Counted from the stretch's first letter, positions 32,140-41,673 are shown. The stretch: DNA of 64,000 bases from an uncultured Trueperaceae bacterium (GCA_963727505.1 CAVSGP010000009.1:32001-96000); one strand, 5' to 3'. Notes: generated from the letters alone by a model not told the origin. Translations and numbers: made by a program.

Positions 32140-32209
32140 CCTGCCGCCACTCCCTGCCGCCACTCCCTGCCGCCACTCCCTGCCGCCACTCCCTGCCGCC
32201 GCTCCCTGC
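32140..32209. repeat. Tandem repeat, 13-bp unit CCTGCCGCCACTC, about 5.4 copies
   Basis: Read directly; fifth copy carries one A>G change. Confidence 0.92.
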
Positions 32210-32285
32210 GTGGGCACGACCCCGCGTCCGGCGGACGACGCCTGACGGCATGGGGTGGTCGGTGCGGCGCCACGCCACGACAGAG

Positions 32286-32325
32286 CACGATCCCGGCGAC
32301 CGCAGTTCCGGTCGCCGGGATCGTG
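32286..32325 (-). terminator. Long perfect hairpin just downstream of citrate synthase
   Basis: CACGATCCCGGCGACCG / CGGTCGCCGGGATCGTG 17-bp stem about 20 nt after the gltA stop; U-tail weak. Confidence 0.6.
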
Positions 32326-32344
32326 GCGTTGTGGTGCGCTGGGC

Positions 32345-33652
32345 TCAGTCGAACGACGACGCCCGACCGACCTCGACGTGCCGTTCGCCTTCGCCGACGT
32401 AGAGCTGGCGAGGACGAGAGATGCGCTGCTCGGAGTCCAGCAGGCCCTCCTGCCACTGAGCCAGCCAGCCGGGCATGCGGCCGATGGCGAACAGGACCGG
32501 GAACATCTCGACGGGGAAGCCCATCGTCTGGTAGATGATTCCCGAGTAGAAGTCGACGTTCGGGTAGAGCTTGTGCGAGACGAAGTACTCGTCCTCGAGC
32601 GCGATGCGCTCCAGCTCCAGGGCGACGTCGAGCAGCGGGTTGCGCCCCGTCACTTCGAAGACCTCGTCAGCGACGCTCTTGATGATCTTGGCGCGCGGGT
32701 CGAAGTTCTTGTAGACGCGGTGTCCGAAACCCATCAGGCGGAATTCGCCCTGTTTGACGCGCTCGATGTAGGCGGGGACGTTCTCGACCGATCCGATGTC
32801 GTTCAGCATCCGCAGGACCTTCTCGTTGGCCCCGCCGTGGAGCGGCCCGTAGAGCGCGGCCGAGGCCGCTGCGGCTGCCGAGTACGGGTCGGCCTGCGAG
32901 CTTCCCACCACGCGCATGGTGCTGGCCGAGCAGTTCTGCTCATGGTCGGCGTGGAGGATGAAGAGCACGTCGAGCGCGTGCTCGAACACGGGATTGGGCC
33001 GATACTTCAGCTCGGTGGCCTTCCACATCATGTTGAGGAAGTTGCCGGGGTAGCTCAGGTCGTTGTCGGGGTAGGCGATCGGCAGGCCCGTGGCGTGCCG
33101 GTAGGCGAAGGCCGCCAGCGTCGGCATCTTGGCGATCAGCCGGATGATCTGCGTCCGACGTTGCTCCGCGTCGAAGAGGTCCTTGGCGTCCGGATAGAAC
33201 GTCGAGAGCGCGCCGAGGGTGCTGACCAGCATGCCCATCGGGTGGGCGTCGTGGTGGAAGCCGTCGATGAACGTCTTGATGTTCTCGTGGATGAAGGTGT
33301 GATGGGTGATGTCGTGTGCCCAGCCCTCGAGCTCGCCCTTGTCAGGGAGCTCGCCGTAGAGCAGCAGGTGCGCGACCTCCAGGAAGGAGCTCTCCACCGC
33401 GAGTTCCTCGATGGGGTAGCCGCGGTAGCGCAGGATGCCCTTCTCGCCGTCGATGTAGGTGATCGCGCTGCGGCAACTGGCCGTGTTCAGGAAGGCAGGA
33501 TCGTAGGACAGCAATCCGAAGTCGTCGTCCGAGGTCTTGATCTGCCGCAACGCGGTCGCCGGGATAGCGCCCTCGTTGATCGGGATCTCGTAGGTGCGGT
33601 CCGTCCGCGTGTCGGTGACCTTCAGGAGGCCGTCCTTCTTGGATCCGTCCAT
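32345..33652 (-). CDS. gltA: Citrate synthase
   Basis: ILRYRGYPI, ILHADHEQN, GPLHGGANE, LMGFGHRVYK and PNVDFYSG. Confidence 0.96.
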   Translation of the reverse strand: MDGSKKDGLLKVTDTRTDRTYEIPINEGAIPATALRQIKTSDDDFGLLSYDPAFLNTASCRSAITYIDGEKGILRYRGYPIEELAVESSFLEVAHLLLYGELPDKGELEGWAHDITHHTFIHENIKTFIDGFHHDAHPMGMLVSTLGALSTFYPDAKDLFDAEQRRTQIIRLIAKMPTLAAFAYRHATGLPIAYPDNDLSYPGNFLNMMWKATELKYRPNPVFEHALDVLFILHADHEQNCSASTMRVVGSSQADPYSAAAAASAALYGPLHGGANEKVLRMLNDIGSVENVPAYIERVKQGEFRLMGFGHRVYKNFDPRAKIIKSVADEVFEVTGRNPLLDVALELERIALEDEYFVSHKLYPNVDFYSGIIYQTMGFPVEMFPVLFAIGRMPGWLAQWQEGLLDSEQRISRPRQLYVGEGERHVEVGRASSFD

Positions 33653-34225
33653 GCTTCCTCGCCCATCCTTTCTGCCCGAGGCGCGTCCATCGCCCTCCTC
33701 GTGCCCGTTCGGCCCGTCCGGCGGGGCGCTCGTGGTTGGTTGGCGCGGGGCCGCGGTCGAACGCCGATCGGTCCGCCCGTTCCGGCCCCGGCCTTCGCGG
33801 GCGGAGGTTCCAGGGAAGCTACACCTGGGATCCGTCGCGCGGGGGCCGTCCATCCGGTCACGCCGGGCTGATCGGTGCCACTACCCGTCCAGGGTATGTC
33901 CGTGCTCGAAAACGGTCCCAGGGGCAAATATCCCGATGGGGCCGATTCCGTGCAGGACAGCGTCATGGTGCAGTGGCGCGGAGCTGGGACACGGGGCGTT
34001 GCCCATCCACCGCCCGGGGGTAGGGGTCAAGAGCTTTCGTTCTTTCTCCGCTTGGCATCGGAAGGGATGGCGCGTGCGAGGCTGCCGCGTGGCTTCGCGA
34101 GTGGCTCCGGCCCGACCGGTGCTGTCGCCTCGGGGACGCCCGGGAGCGTTGCGCCGCTCTACCGTCGTGCCAGGTTCTACAGCGTTCGCGAGTGCAGGCG
34201 CCTGCGATGGAAGGGGCGGATTGCG

Positions 34226-35665
34226 ATGGAGAAGAGGAAGACCAAGGCCGTTGCGCGGTCCTTGAGCGCAGCCATCGTGTTCATCCTGCTGGTCGCAGGG
34301 ACCGCTTCCTGCCAGCGGAGCGCGCTGCAGGGGCAGGACTGGACCCGCTTCGGATGGGACGCCGCGCGCACGAACGATGGGCCGACCGCTGCCGGGATCA
34401 CGGCGGGCGACCTGGGCGCGTTGAAGCGGCAGCAGGTGCAGCTCGGGGGGACCGTCGACGGCTCGCCCATCTACCTGCACGGCGTGCAGATCGAGGGCGC
34501 TGTGCACGACGCCTTCTTCGTGACGACCATCTACGGTGAGACGCTGGCCATCGATGCGAACCGTGGGACGGTCCTGTGGCGGTTCACCCCCCCGGGATAT
34601 GCGGGCTGGGCCGGCTCCGACCGCATCACGACCGCGACGCCGGTGGCGGACCCGGACCGTCGGTACCTCTATGCCGCATCGCCCGATGGCGTCGTGCGCA
34701 AACTCGCGGTGGCGGACGGTAGCGTGCAATGGGGCACCTCCGTGACGGAGCTTCCTACCCGTGAGAAGATCGCGTCCTCGCTCAACCTCTCGCACGGTCG
34801 GGTGATCGTGACCACGGGCGGCTACATCGGCGACGCGCCCCCCTACCAGGGGCACGTCGCCGTTCTGGACAGCGGAGGCGGCCACATCGAGAACGTCTGG
34901 AACGCGCTGTGTAGCGACCGCTCCGGAATGTTCGCGCCGTCGTCGTGCTCGCAGAGCGGCGCGGCCATCTGGGGTCGGGCCGGAGCGGTCGTCGATCCCT
35001 CGAGCGGAGACCTCTTCATCGCGACGGGGAACGCACTTTGGGACGGTCATACGTTCTGGGGTGACGCCGCGCTCGAGCTCTCGCCAGACGCGGGGACGCT
35101 GCTGGGCAACTTCACGCCCAGGAACACCGATCAGCTCAACGCGCGTGACCTGGACCTCGGCTCCACTGCGCCGGTGCTGCTGGGAGATGGTCTGGTGGCG
35201 CAGGGAGGCAAGGACGGCAGCATCCGATTGCTCGACTGGAGCGCGATGCGTGGGCAGGTGCCGCACCAGGGTGGAGAGCTGCAGACGGTGTCCACTCCGT
35301 CGGGTGCCGAACTCTTCACGGCTCCGGCGGTGTGGCGCCACGGGGGCGAGACGTGGTTGATCGCGGCCGACAACGGTGGAACGGAAGCGTGGCGGTTGTC
35401 GGAGGGGCGTCTGCAAGCTGTGTGGCACAACGCCCATGCCGGTACCAGCCCGGTGCTGGCCGGCGGGCTCCTCTACGTCTACGATCCTGCGGGCGGGCTT
35501 CGCGTGGTTCAGCCCGACACCGGCCGGCTCCTTGCCGAGCTGGCGAGCGGCCCCGGTCACTGGAACAGCCCGATCGCGATCGACGGGCGCATCGCGCTCC
35601 CCGAGGGCAACGCCAATCAGCATCGAACGAGCGGCGTCCTGGATATCTGGCGCGTTGCTCGATGA
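34226..35665 (+). CDS. Exported PQQ-binding-like beta-propeller protein, possible lipoprotein
   Basis: Signal peptide with TASC, Trp-docking repeats and DLDLGS..P...GGKDG motif. Confidence 0.72.
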   Translation: MEKRKTKAVARSLSAAIVFILLVAGTASCQRSALQGQDWTRFGWDAARTNDGPTAAGITAGDLGALKRQQVQLGGTVDGSPIYLHGVQIEGAVHDAFFVTTIYGETLAIDANRGTVLWRFTPPGYAGWAGSDRITTATPVADPDRRYLYAASPDGVVRKLAVADGSVQWGTSVTELPTREKIASSLNLSHGRVIVTTGGYIGDAPPYQGHVAVLDSGGGHIENVWNALCSDRSGMFAPSSCSQSGAAIWGRAGAVVDPSSGDLFIATGNALWDGHTFWGDAALELSPDAGTLLGNFTPRNTDQLNARDLDLGSTAPVLLGDGLVAQGGKDGSIRLLDWSAMRGQVPHQGGELQTVSTPSGAELFTAPAVWRHGGETWLIAADNGGTEAWRLSEGRLQAVWHNAHAGTSPVLAGGLLYVYDPAGGLRVVQPDTGRLLAELASGPGHWNSPIAIDGRIALPEGNANQHRTSGVLDIWRVAR

Positions 35666-35749
35666 TGCGCGGGGACATGTGTCCGTAGCGGGGTCTCGCG
35701 GCTTCCCGCTAGCATTCGGACAGCGCCCGAGCCAGATGTGACCCGAAGA

Positions 35750-35857
35750 CCCTCCGAGGGGCCGCCCTGGCCGAGGGGAGAGCCCTCCGGGGCCGCCCGG
35801 GTAACCGGACGACCTGCCGAGTGAGCAAAGGGACCGCGATGCGGTCCCTCGTTTCAT
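35750..35857 (+). ncRNA. Candidate Moco/Wco (molybdenum/tungsten cofactor) riboswitch with overlapping terminator-like hairpin
   Basis: CCCU-CCGAG start; P2 GGGC/GCCC; UCCGGG linker; P4 CCGG-GUAA-CCGG (GNRA loop); CCUGC-N7-GCAAAGGG end. This parallels the Moco motif CUCCGAG...GNRA...CCUCC-N-GGAAAGG as I recall it. Lies directly upstream of a molybdoenzyme. Confidence 0.62.
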
Positions 35858-35937
35858 GGTGCGGCGGGGGCGGCTTCGCGCCGCATGGGGCGGTGCGTGG
35901 GTTCCGCCGCACGGTTTCGCCGGGGACGGGAGGCCCT

Positions 35938-38685
35938 ATGGCCCAGAGCCGATGGAATCGCGGTCCCAGCCGACGCACGGTCCTGAAGGGGATCGTGCTG
36001 GGAACAGGGAGCCTGGTGTTGGGGAGGTTCCGATGGCTCCCGGAGGCGCGCGCCCAGGAGAGCTTGCAGCCGACCTGGGACCCCGCCGATTACGACTACA
36101 CGGCCTGGGAGGACCTTTACCGCAAGCGATGGACGTTCGGAGCGGCTGGGCGTAGTACGCACTCGGTCAACTGCACCGGCAGCTGCAGCTGGAAGGTCCT
36201 GGTGAAGAACGGCGTGGTGTGGCGCGACGAGCAGGCTGCCGACTACCCCGCTATCGGGCCCGATCTGCCCGACTACAACCCGCGCGGCTGCCAGAAGGGG
36301 GCCTGCGCGTCGGACTACCAGTACGGGCGGCAACGCGTGAAGTACCCTCTGAAGCGCGTCGGGGAGCGCGGTGAGGGGCGGTGGCAGCGGCTCAGTTGGG
36401 ACCAGGCGCTCACCGAGATCGCGGACCGCACGCTCGACATCATCCAGCGACACGGGCCCGAGTATCTGCACGCCTTCACGCCGATCCCGGCCATGAGCCC
36501 GGTGTCCTATGCCTCCGGGTCGCGACTGATGAACCTCCTGGGCGGCGTGTCTTTCACCTTCTACGACTGGTACTGCGACCTTCCACCCGGGGAGCCGATC
36601 ACCTGGGGCGTTCAGACGGACAGCGCCGAGTCCGCCGATTGGACGAACAGCCGCTACATCATCGCCTGGGGCTCGAACGTCAACGCCACCCGCATCCCGG
36701 ACGCGCAGATGCTCCAGAAGGCGCGGCTCCGCGGAGGGGCCAAGGTCGTGATGATCGGTACCGAGTACAACCCGACGAGCGTTCATGCCGATCAGTTCGT
36801 GCCGGTACGGCCGGGCAGCGACCTCGCGGTGGCGCTCGCGATGGACCATGTGATCCTGAGCGAGGGGCTCTACGACGTCGCCTACGTCAAGGAACAGACC
36901 GACCTCCCGTTCCTGGTGCGTGAGGACGACGGCCGCTTCCTGCGGGCGGTCGACCTCGATCCGGGCATGGCGAACGCCGACGGCGACGATGGTGGCGGCT
37001 TCTTCCTGTGGGACAGCAAGCGCGGTCTCACGGCCGTACCGAAGGACCGGCTCGCCCTCGGTGATCTCGATCCCGTGCTCGATGCCCACCAGGAAGTGCA
37101 GACGGCCGCGGGGACGGTGCGCGTCACGACGGTCTTCACGTTGTTGCAGCGCGAGCTGGCGGACAAGACGCCGGCGTGGGCGCAGCGGCAGAGCGGGTTG
37201 AACGCCGAGACCATCGCTACGCTCGCCCGCGAGTTCGCAACCACGCGACCCGCGATGATCATCCACGGGAACGGCGTCAACCAGTGGTATCACAACGACC
37301 TCGCGAACCGGGCGATGATCCTGATGGCGGCGCTGACCGGCAACGTGGGCAAGCCCGGGGGCGGGTTCAACCACTACGTGGGGCAGGAGAAGATCTGGCC
37401 GGTGGCGGGTTGGAAGGCGCTGGCTTACCCCGGCCCGCAGCGATTCCAGAACACGACCCTCTGGACCTACTGGCACAGCGAGATGCAGGATGTCGATCCA
37501 CTCTGGCCCGACCTCAAGCCTTACCTGGAGACGGCCGTCGAGAAGGGCTGGATGCCGCTGTGGCCCAACGGGCTCGAGGGCGAGCCCAAGGCGCTGTTCA
37601 CATGGCGGGCCAACTGGTTGAACCAGGCGAAGGGCAACTTGCGTGTTCTGGACAAGCTGATCCCCAAGCTAGAGCTCATCGTGGCGCTCGACTTCCGCAT
37701 GTCCTCCACCGACCTCTACGCCGATTACGTGCTGCCGGCCGCCACCTGGGCCGAGAAGTTCGACCTCAGCTCTACGGACCTCACGTCCTTCCTGATCCCG
37801 TTCACGCCGGTCGTCGCCCCCTTCGCGGAGGCCAAGACCGACTGGCAGGCCTTCCGAGCGCTCGCCGAGACGATCGAACGGCGTGCCAAGGAGCGCGGTG
37901 TTACCGCCTACGACGACATCATCGACGGCGCCACGATTCACCGCGACCTGGCCACGCTTCACGACCAGTTCACCGACGGCGGCAAGCTGCGGCTCGACAA
38001 GGACGCCGCGCAGTCCATCCTGGACGGTTCCGAAGAGACCAGGGGGTACCGTTTCGACGATCTCGTCACCCGCCCCCGCCGTTTCAAGGCTGCGAGCGAG
38101 CACTGGACGAGCGACCTGGAAGAGGGGAAGGCCTACGCGCCGTTCCAGCGCTACGTGAAGGGCAAGCGCCCGTGGCCGACGCTGACCGGACGGCAGCAGT
38201 TCTACATCGACGCTCCCTGGTATCAGGAACTCGGGGTGGCGCTGCCGACCTTCAAACCGCCGCTCGAGCTCAGCAAGCATCCTCTTCGACTCAGCACGCC
38301 CCACTACCGGCACACCATCCATTCGAGCTGGGCGATCGACCTGACGCTCCAGCGCCTGCAGTGGGGCGAGCCGTTCGTGTACCTCAACCCCGACGACGCC
38401 GGGACACGCACCATCGAGGACCATGACTGGGTGAGGGTGTTCAACGACAACGGCTCGACGCGTGTCCGGGCGCGGCTCCATCCCGCTGTGACCCCGGGTC
38501 AGGCGCTGCTCTACCAGGGCTGGGAGATGGTGCAGTTCGAGGGCCGCAGCAACTTCCAGGCGCCGATCTCCATCCACATCAACCCGACCCAGTTGGTGCG
38601 CTACGGCCACCTCCAGTTCAAGCCCAACTACTGGGGTCCGACCGGGGCCAACCGCGACACCCGCGTCGACGTCGAGAAGGCCTGA
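35938..38685 (+). CDS. DMSO reductase type II molybdopterin (alpha) subunit, Tat-exported, periplasmic NarG-like
   Basis: Tat motif SRRTVLK; FS0 motif THSVNCTGSCSW; YNPRGCQKG; TPIPAMS; FYDWYCDLP (Asp Mo ligand); QTDSAESADW; HYVGQEK; 915 aa. Confidence 0.92.
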   Translation: MAQSRWNRGPSRRTVLKGIVLGTGSLVLGRFRWLPEARAQESLQPTWDPADYDYTAWEDLYRKRWTFGAAGRSTHSVNCTGSCSWKVLVKNGVVWRDEQAADYPAIGPDLPDYNPRGCQKGACASDYQYGRQRVKYPLKRVGERGEGRWQRLSWDQALTEIADRTLDIIQRHGPEYLHAFTPIPAMSPVSYASGSRLMNLLGGVSFTFYDWYCDLPPGEPITWGVQTDSAESADWTNSRYIIAWGSNVNATRIPDAQMLQKARLRGGAKVVMIGTEYNPTSVHADQFVPVRPGSDLAVALAMDHVILSEGLYDVAYVKEQTDLPFLVREDDGRFLRAVDLDPGMANADGDDGGGFFLWDSKRGLTAVPKDRLALGDLDPVLDAHQEVQTAAGTVRVTTVFTLLQRELADKTPAWAQRQSGLNAETIATLAREFATTRPAMIIHGNGVNQWYHNDLANRAMILMAALTGNVGKPGGGFNHYVGQEKIWPVAGWKALAYPGPQRFQNTTLWTYWHSEMQDVDPLWPDLKPYLETAVEKGWMPLWPNGLEGEPKALFTWRANWLNQAKGNLRVLDKLIPKLELIVALDFRMSSTDLYADYVLPAATWAEKFDLSSTDLTSFLIPFTPVVAPFAEAKTDWQAFRALAETIERRAKERGVTAYDDIIDGATIHRDLATLHDQFTDGGKLRLDKDAAQSILDGSEETRGYRFDDLVTRPRRFKAASEHWTSDLEEGKAYAPFQRYVKGKRPWPTLTGRQQFYIDAPWYQELGVALPTFKPPLELSKHPLRLSTPHYRHTIHSSWAIDLTLQRLQWGEPFVYLNPDDAGTRTIEDHDWVRVFNDNGSTRVRARLHPAVTPGQALLYQGWEMVQFEGRSNFQAPISIHINPTQLVRYGHLQFKPNYWGPTGANRDTRVDVEKA

Positions 38686-38695
38686 GGAGGAAGGC

Positions 38696-39796
38696 ATGCC
38701 CGTCCCCAAGCTCAACAAGGACGATCTCCTGAAGAGCGAGCATCAGCTCGGGATGGTCCTCGATCTGAACAAGTGCATCGGCTGCCAGACCTGCACGGTG
38801 GCGTGCAAGACGCTGTGGACCCGCGATGCCGGTCAGGAGGCGATGTACTGGATGAACGTGGAGACCCGGCCCGGCGCCGGCTATCCACGGGGCGTCGTGG
38901 CCCCCAACGGTGGGTGGACGCCCGACGGCCGGCAGGGGGTCCGCGGCCGCCTACCCACCGCCGAGGACTACGGCACGACCTACCGTTTCAACGACCAGGA
39001 GGCGCTCTTCGCGCCGGGACAGGCTCGCTTCGCGCCCGACACGGAGCCGCTCTGGGGGGTCAACTGGGACGAGGACAAGGGCGCCGGCGAGTACCCGAAC
39101 ACGTTCCTCTTCTACCTGCCACGGCTATGCAACCACTGCACGCACCCGGCCTGCGTGGAAGCCTGCCCCCGCAATGCGCTGTACAAGCGCAACCGGGACG
39201 GCATCGTGCTGCTCGACCAGGAGCGCTGCCACGGCTACCGGTTCTGCGTGGAGGCTTGCCCCTACAAGAAGATCTACTGGAACCACGTGGCCAAGGTGTC
39301 GCAGAAGTGCATCTTCTGCTACCCGCGGATCGACGAGGGCATCCCTACGGCCTGCAGCACCCAGTGCGTCGGCCAGGTGCGCTTCGTGGGGTTGGTGGAC
39401 GACCCGAAGAGCCCGCTCTACGACCTGATCCACACCTGGAAGGTGGCGCTGCCGTTGCTCCCCGGGCACGGCACCCAGCCGAACGTCTACTACGTGCCGC
39501 CGACGGCGCCCGAGGCCGTCGATGCCGACGGAAGGCCCACCGGCGAACGCCGCATCCCCCTGAGCTACCTCGAGCAACTCTTCGGCGACGGCGTGGGGGC
39601 GGCGCTGGACACGCTCGAGGGCGAGCTCGGCAAGCTGCGTCGCGGCGAGGCTTCCGACTTGATGCGGCTTCTCACCGTGGACCGCTACCAGGATCTGTTC
39701 ACGTTGCCGACCGCTCCGAGCAACGACACCTGGTTCGGCGCCTTCGCCGCGCCGGGCGGCACGCCCACCCGCGCGCCCTCCGAGACGGAGCCTTGA
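38696..39796 (+). CDS. DMSO reductase type II iron-sulfur (beta) subunit, NarH/SerB/EbdB-like
   Basis: DLNKCIGCQTCTVACK, LPRLCNHCTHPACVEACP, CHGYRFCVEACPYKK ([3Fe-4S] site) and KCIFCYPR. Confidence 0.93.
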   Translation: MPVPKLNKDDLLKSEHQLGMVLDLNKCIGCQTCTVACKTLWTRDAGQEAMYWMNVETRPGAGYPRGVVAPNGGWTPDGRQGVRGRLPTAEDYGTTYRFNDQEALFAPGQARFAPDTEPLWGVNWDEDKGAGEYPNTFLFYLPRLCNHCTHPACVEACPRNALYKRNRDGIVLLDQERCHGYRFCVEACPYKKIYWNHVAKVSQKCIFCYPRIDEGIPTACSTQCVGQVRFVGLVDDPKSPLYDLIHTWKVALPLLPGHGTQPNVYYVPPTAPEAVDADGRPTGERRIPLSYLEQLFGDGVGAALDTLEGELGKLRRGEASDLMRLLTVDRYQDLFTLPTAPSNDTWFGAFAAPGGTPTRAPSETEP

Positions 39797-39797
39797 C

Positions 39798-40442
39798 ATG
39801 CAGGCGAATCGTGTGACCGTCGACCGTAAGGCGCTGCTCGACCCGTCGGACGCCGCGTGGAGCGGGGCGCCCGCACAGGTGTTGCAGCTCGTGAGGGCGC
39901 CACTCACGATGCAACCCAGCCCCTGGATGCAGGGCGCATTCCAGGATCTCACCTGGGGCGATCTGGTACGCGCTGAGCTGCGGCTCGTGCACAACGGCGA
40001 GGTCCTCGCGGCGCGGGTGTCGTGGGCCGTCCCCGTGAGCGCAGAGCGATCGCTGGGCGCCAACGAGTTCCCGGACGCCTGCGCCGTGATGTTCCCGTTC
40101 GTTCGGGACGCCTCGATCTTCATGGGGGCAGAGAACGCATGGGTCAACATGTGGCTCTGGCGCGCCGACGGCCACGGGCCCTTCGCGGTGACCGCCGCCG
40201 GCATCGGAACCTCTCAGCGCGTCGACGACGGTGTCCTCGAGGCCGCCGGCGCCTATCGTGACGGCACCTGGGAGGTGGTGTTGACGCGCGCGCTCGACCC
40301 CGGCAACGGCCGCGACCACGTGCCGCTGCGGCCGGGCGCACGTTGGCAAGTGTCGCTGGCCCTGTGGCACGGAGCGCGTGCCGAACGAGCCGGAATCAAG
40401 TCGTTCAGCCCGACGTGGACCGAGCTGGAGATCGCCGGATGA
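39798..40442 (+). CDS. DMSO reductase type II heme b (gamma) subunit, EbdC/SerC-like
   Basis: FPDACAVMFP, FMG..VNMWLWRAD and W.G...ERAGIKS (Met/Lys heme ligand pattern); no TM helix or signal peptide seen. Confidence 0.85.
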   Translation: MQANRVTVDRKALLDPSDAAWSGAPAQVLQLVRAPLTMQPSPWMQGAFQDLTWGDLVRAELRLVHNGEVLAARVSWAVPVSAERSLGANEFPDACAVMFPFVRDASIFMGAENAWVNMWLWRADGHGPFAVTAAGIGTSQRVDDGVLEAAGAYRDGTWEVVLTRALDPGNGRDHVPLRPGARWQVSLALWHGARAERAGIKSFSPTWTELEIAG

Positions 40443-41089
40443 GTCGGGGCGCCCTTCCGGGTCCCCCCGATCCGCGCGCGCTCCTCTACCTCGGGTACGC
40501 GCGCCTGCTGGGATTCCCCGATGCGCCGCTGAGGGACTGCATCCAGAGCGGTGACGTTGCGGTCGAAGTAGCGGCGGTCCACCGGGCCGCCAGACTTGCG
40601 CCCCCCGGGAACGATCTGCTGCGGGACGTGCGGGGCGGGCTCGAGCCCGACTACATCGCCGCGTTCGAGGTCGGCGTTCCGGAGCCGCCCGTGCCGCTCT
40701 ACGAGAGCGCCTACCAGGCCGACGACAAGGCGAGTCGGCTGAGTGTGCTGGAGGACCTCGTTCGCTTCTACGAGTTCTTCGATCTGGACCTGGGCGAAGC
40801 CCCGAGCGAGGCGCCCGACCATCTCACCGTCGAGCTCGAGTTCATGGCGGCGCTGGCGCAGATGGAGGCGTTGGCTGCCGGTGAGGGCGCGGACCGCGCC
40901 CCCTTCCGGCTGGCCCAGCGTGACTTCCTCGATCGCCATTTGCTCGGGTTCCTGCGACGCATCTGCGCGCGCGCCCTACCTGACGGGTTCTACGCCGGGG
41001 CGCTCCACGCCCTGAGGCGCGCCGTCGAACAGGATCGTGCGGCGCTCACGCCCGAGGTCGAGGACGGGGAGGTGCCGGCAGACGCCTGA
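40439..41089 (+). CDS. TorD/DmsD-family maturation chaperone (delta subunit)
   Basis: PLYESAY, RFYEFF, PDHLTVELEFM and QRDFLDRHL; ATGA overlap with gamma. Confidence 0.88.
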   Translation: MSRGALPGPPDPRALLYLGYARLLGFPDAPLRDCIQSGDVAVEVAAVHRAARLAPPGNDLLRDVRGGLEPDYIAAFEVGVPEPPVPLYESAYQADDKASRLSVLEDLVRFYEFFDLDLGEAPSEAPDHLTVELEFMAALAQMEALAAGEGADRAPFRLAQRDFLDRHLLGFLRRICARALPDGFYAGALHALRRAVEQDRAALTPEVEDGEVPADA

Positions 41090-41211
41090 CCGGGTCGGGT
41101 GCGCAAGGTGGAAGGCGGGTTGCGGGTGTCCGGCACGGCACATGGGGTCCGCCGCTGACCTCCACGCCCCGTGTCCGTCGCATCGCCGACGATCGCGCGA
41201 GGAGATCGCTT

Positions 41212-41673
41212 TCAGCCGTTCCCCGCCAGGGTAGCCCCCAGCTCGTCATCGGTCGGCGCCGAGCCAGCGGCGGCGTGCTCGACGAGCAGCCGGCTCATGC
41301 GCTCCAGCGCGTCCCGCGTGTGTCGCCAGGTGGCCACGTCCCGGCCGCTGGGGTCGGGCACGCTCACGTGCCGGCGTACGGTCCGCGCAGGGTAGGCGGG
41401 ACAGGCCTCGTTGGCGTCGTCGCAGACGGTGAGTACGAGGTCGAACGCCCAGGGGTCGGGGATCTCGTGAAGGGTCTTGCTGGTGTGGGTGGTGAGGTCG
41501 ATGTCAGCCTCGGCCATGACGGCGATAGCGTCGGGCTTCACGCGCGTGCTCTCGGTGCCCGCGGACCAGACCTCGAGATCGAGGCCGGCGTCCCGGGCGT
41601 GCCTTCGGATCCAGCCCTCCATCATCTGGCTGCGGGCGCTGTTGTGGGTGCAGAGCACGAGCAGGCGCGTCAC
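41212..41673 (-). CDS. arsC: Arsenate reductase, LMW-PTP (thioredoxin-dependent) type
   Basis: [11 protein letters not shown]-loop, [11 protein letters not shown] and DP motif; GTGA overlap with acr3. Confidence 0.9.
   Translation of the reverse strand: MTRLLVLCTHNSARSQMMEGWIRRHARDAGLDLEVWSAGTESTRVKPDAIAVMAEADIDLTTHTSKTLHEIPDPWAFDLVLTVCDDANEACPAYPARTVRRHVSVPDPSGRDVATWRHTRDALERMSRLLVEHAAAGSAPTDDELGATLAGNG

Noticed and set aside
32052..32209. Possible CRISPR array
   Set aside because: Units are 13-14 bp, head-to-tail with no spacers, and no cas genes are nearby.
33875..34225. Long N-terminal extensions in the ORF track (here and at 24144-24905, 35821-35937, 57627-58043, 63250-63972)
   Set aside because: They overlap neighbouring genes or regulatory DNA; downstream starts have SD sequences, stop-start overlaps or signal peptides.
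35666..35937. FNR/Crp box upstream of the molybdoenzyme operon
   Set aside because: No TTGAT-N4-ATCAA-like site seen.
35938..38685. Calling the molybdoenzyme ArrA/AioA because of the adjacent ars operon, or assigning the symbol narG
   Set aside because: The His-containing FS0 motif, Asp ligand and gamma/delta subunits are type II features, not Arr/Aio; substrate and reaction direction cannot be fixed from sequence alone.
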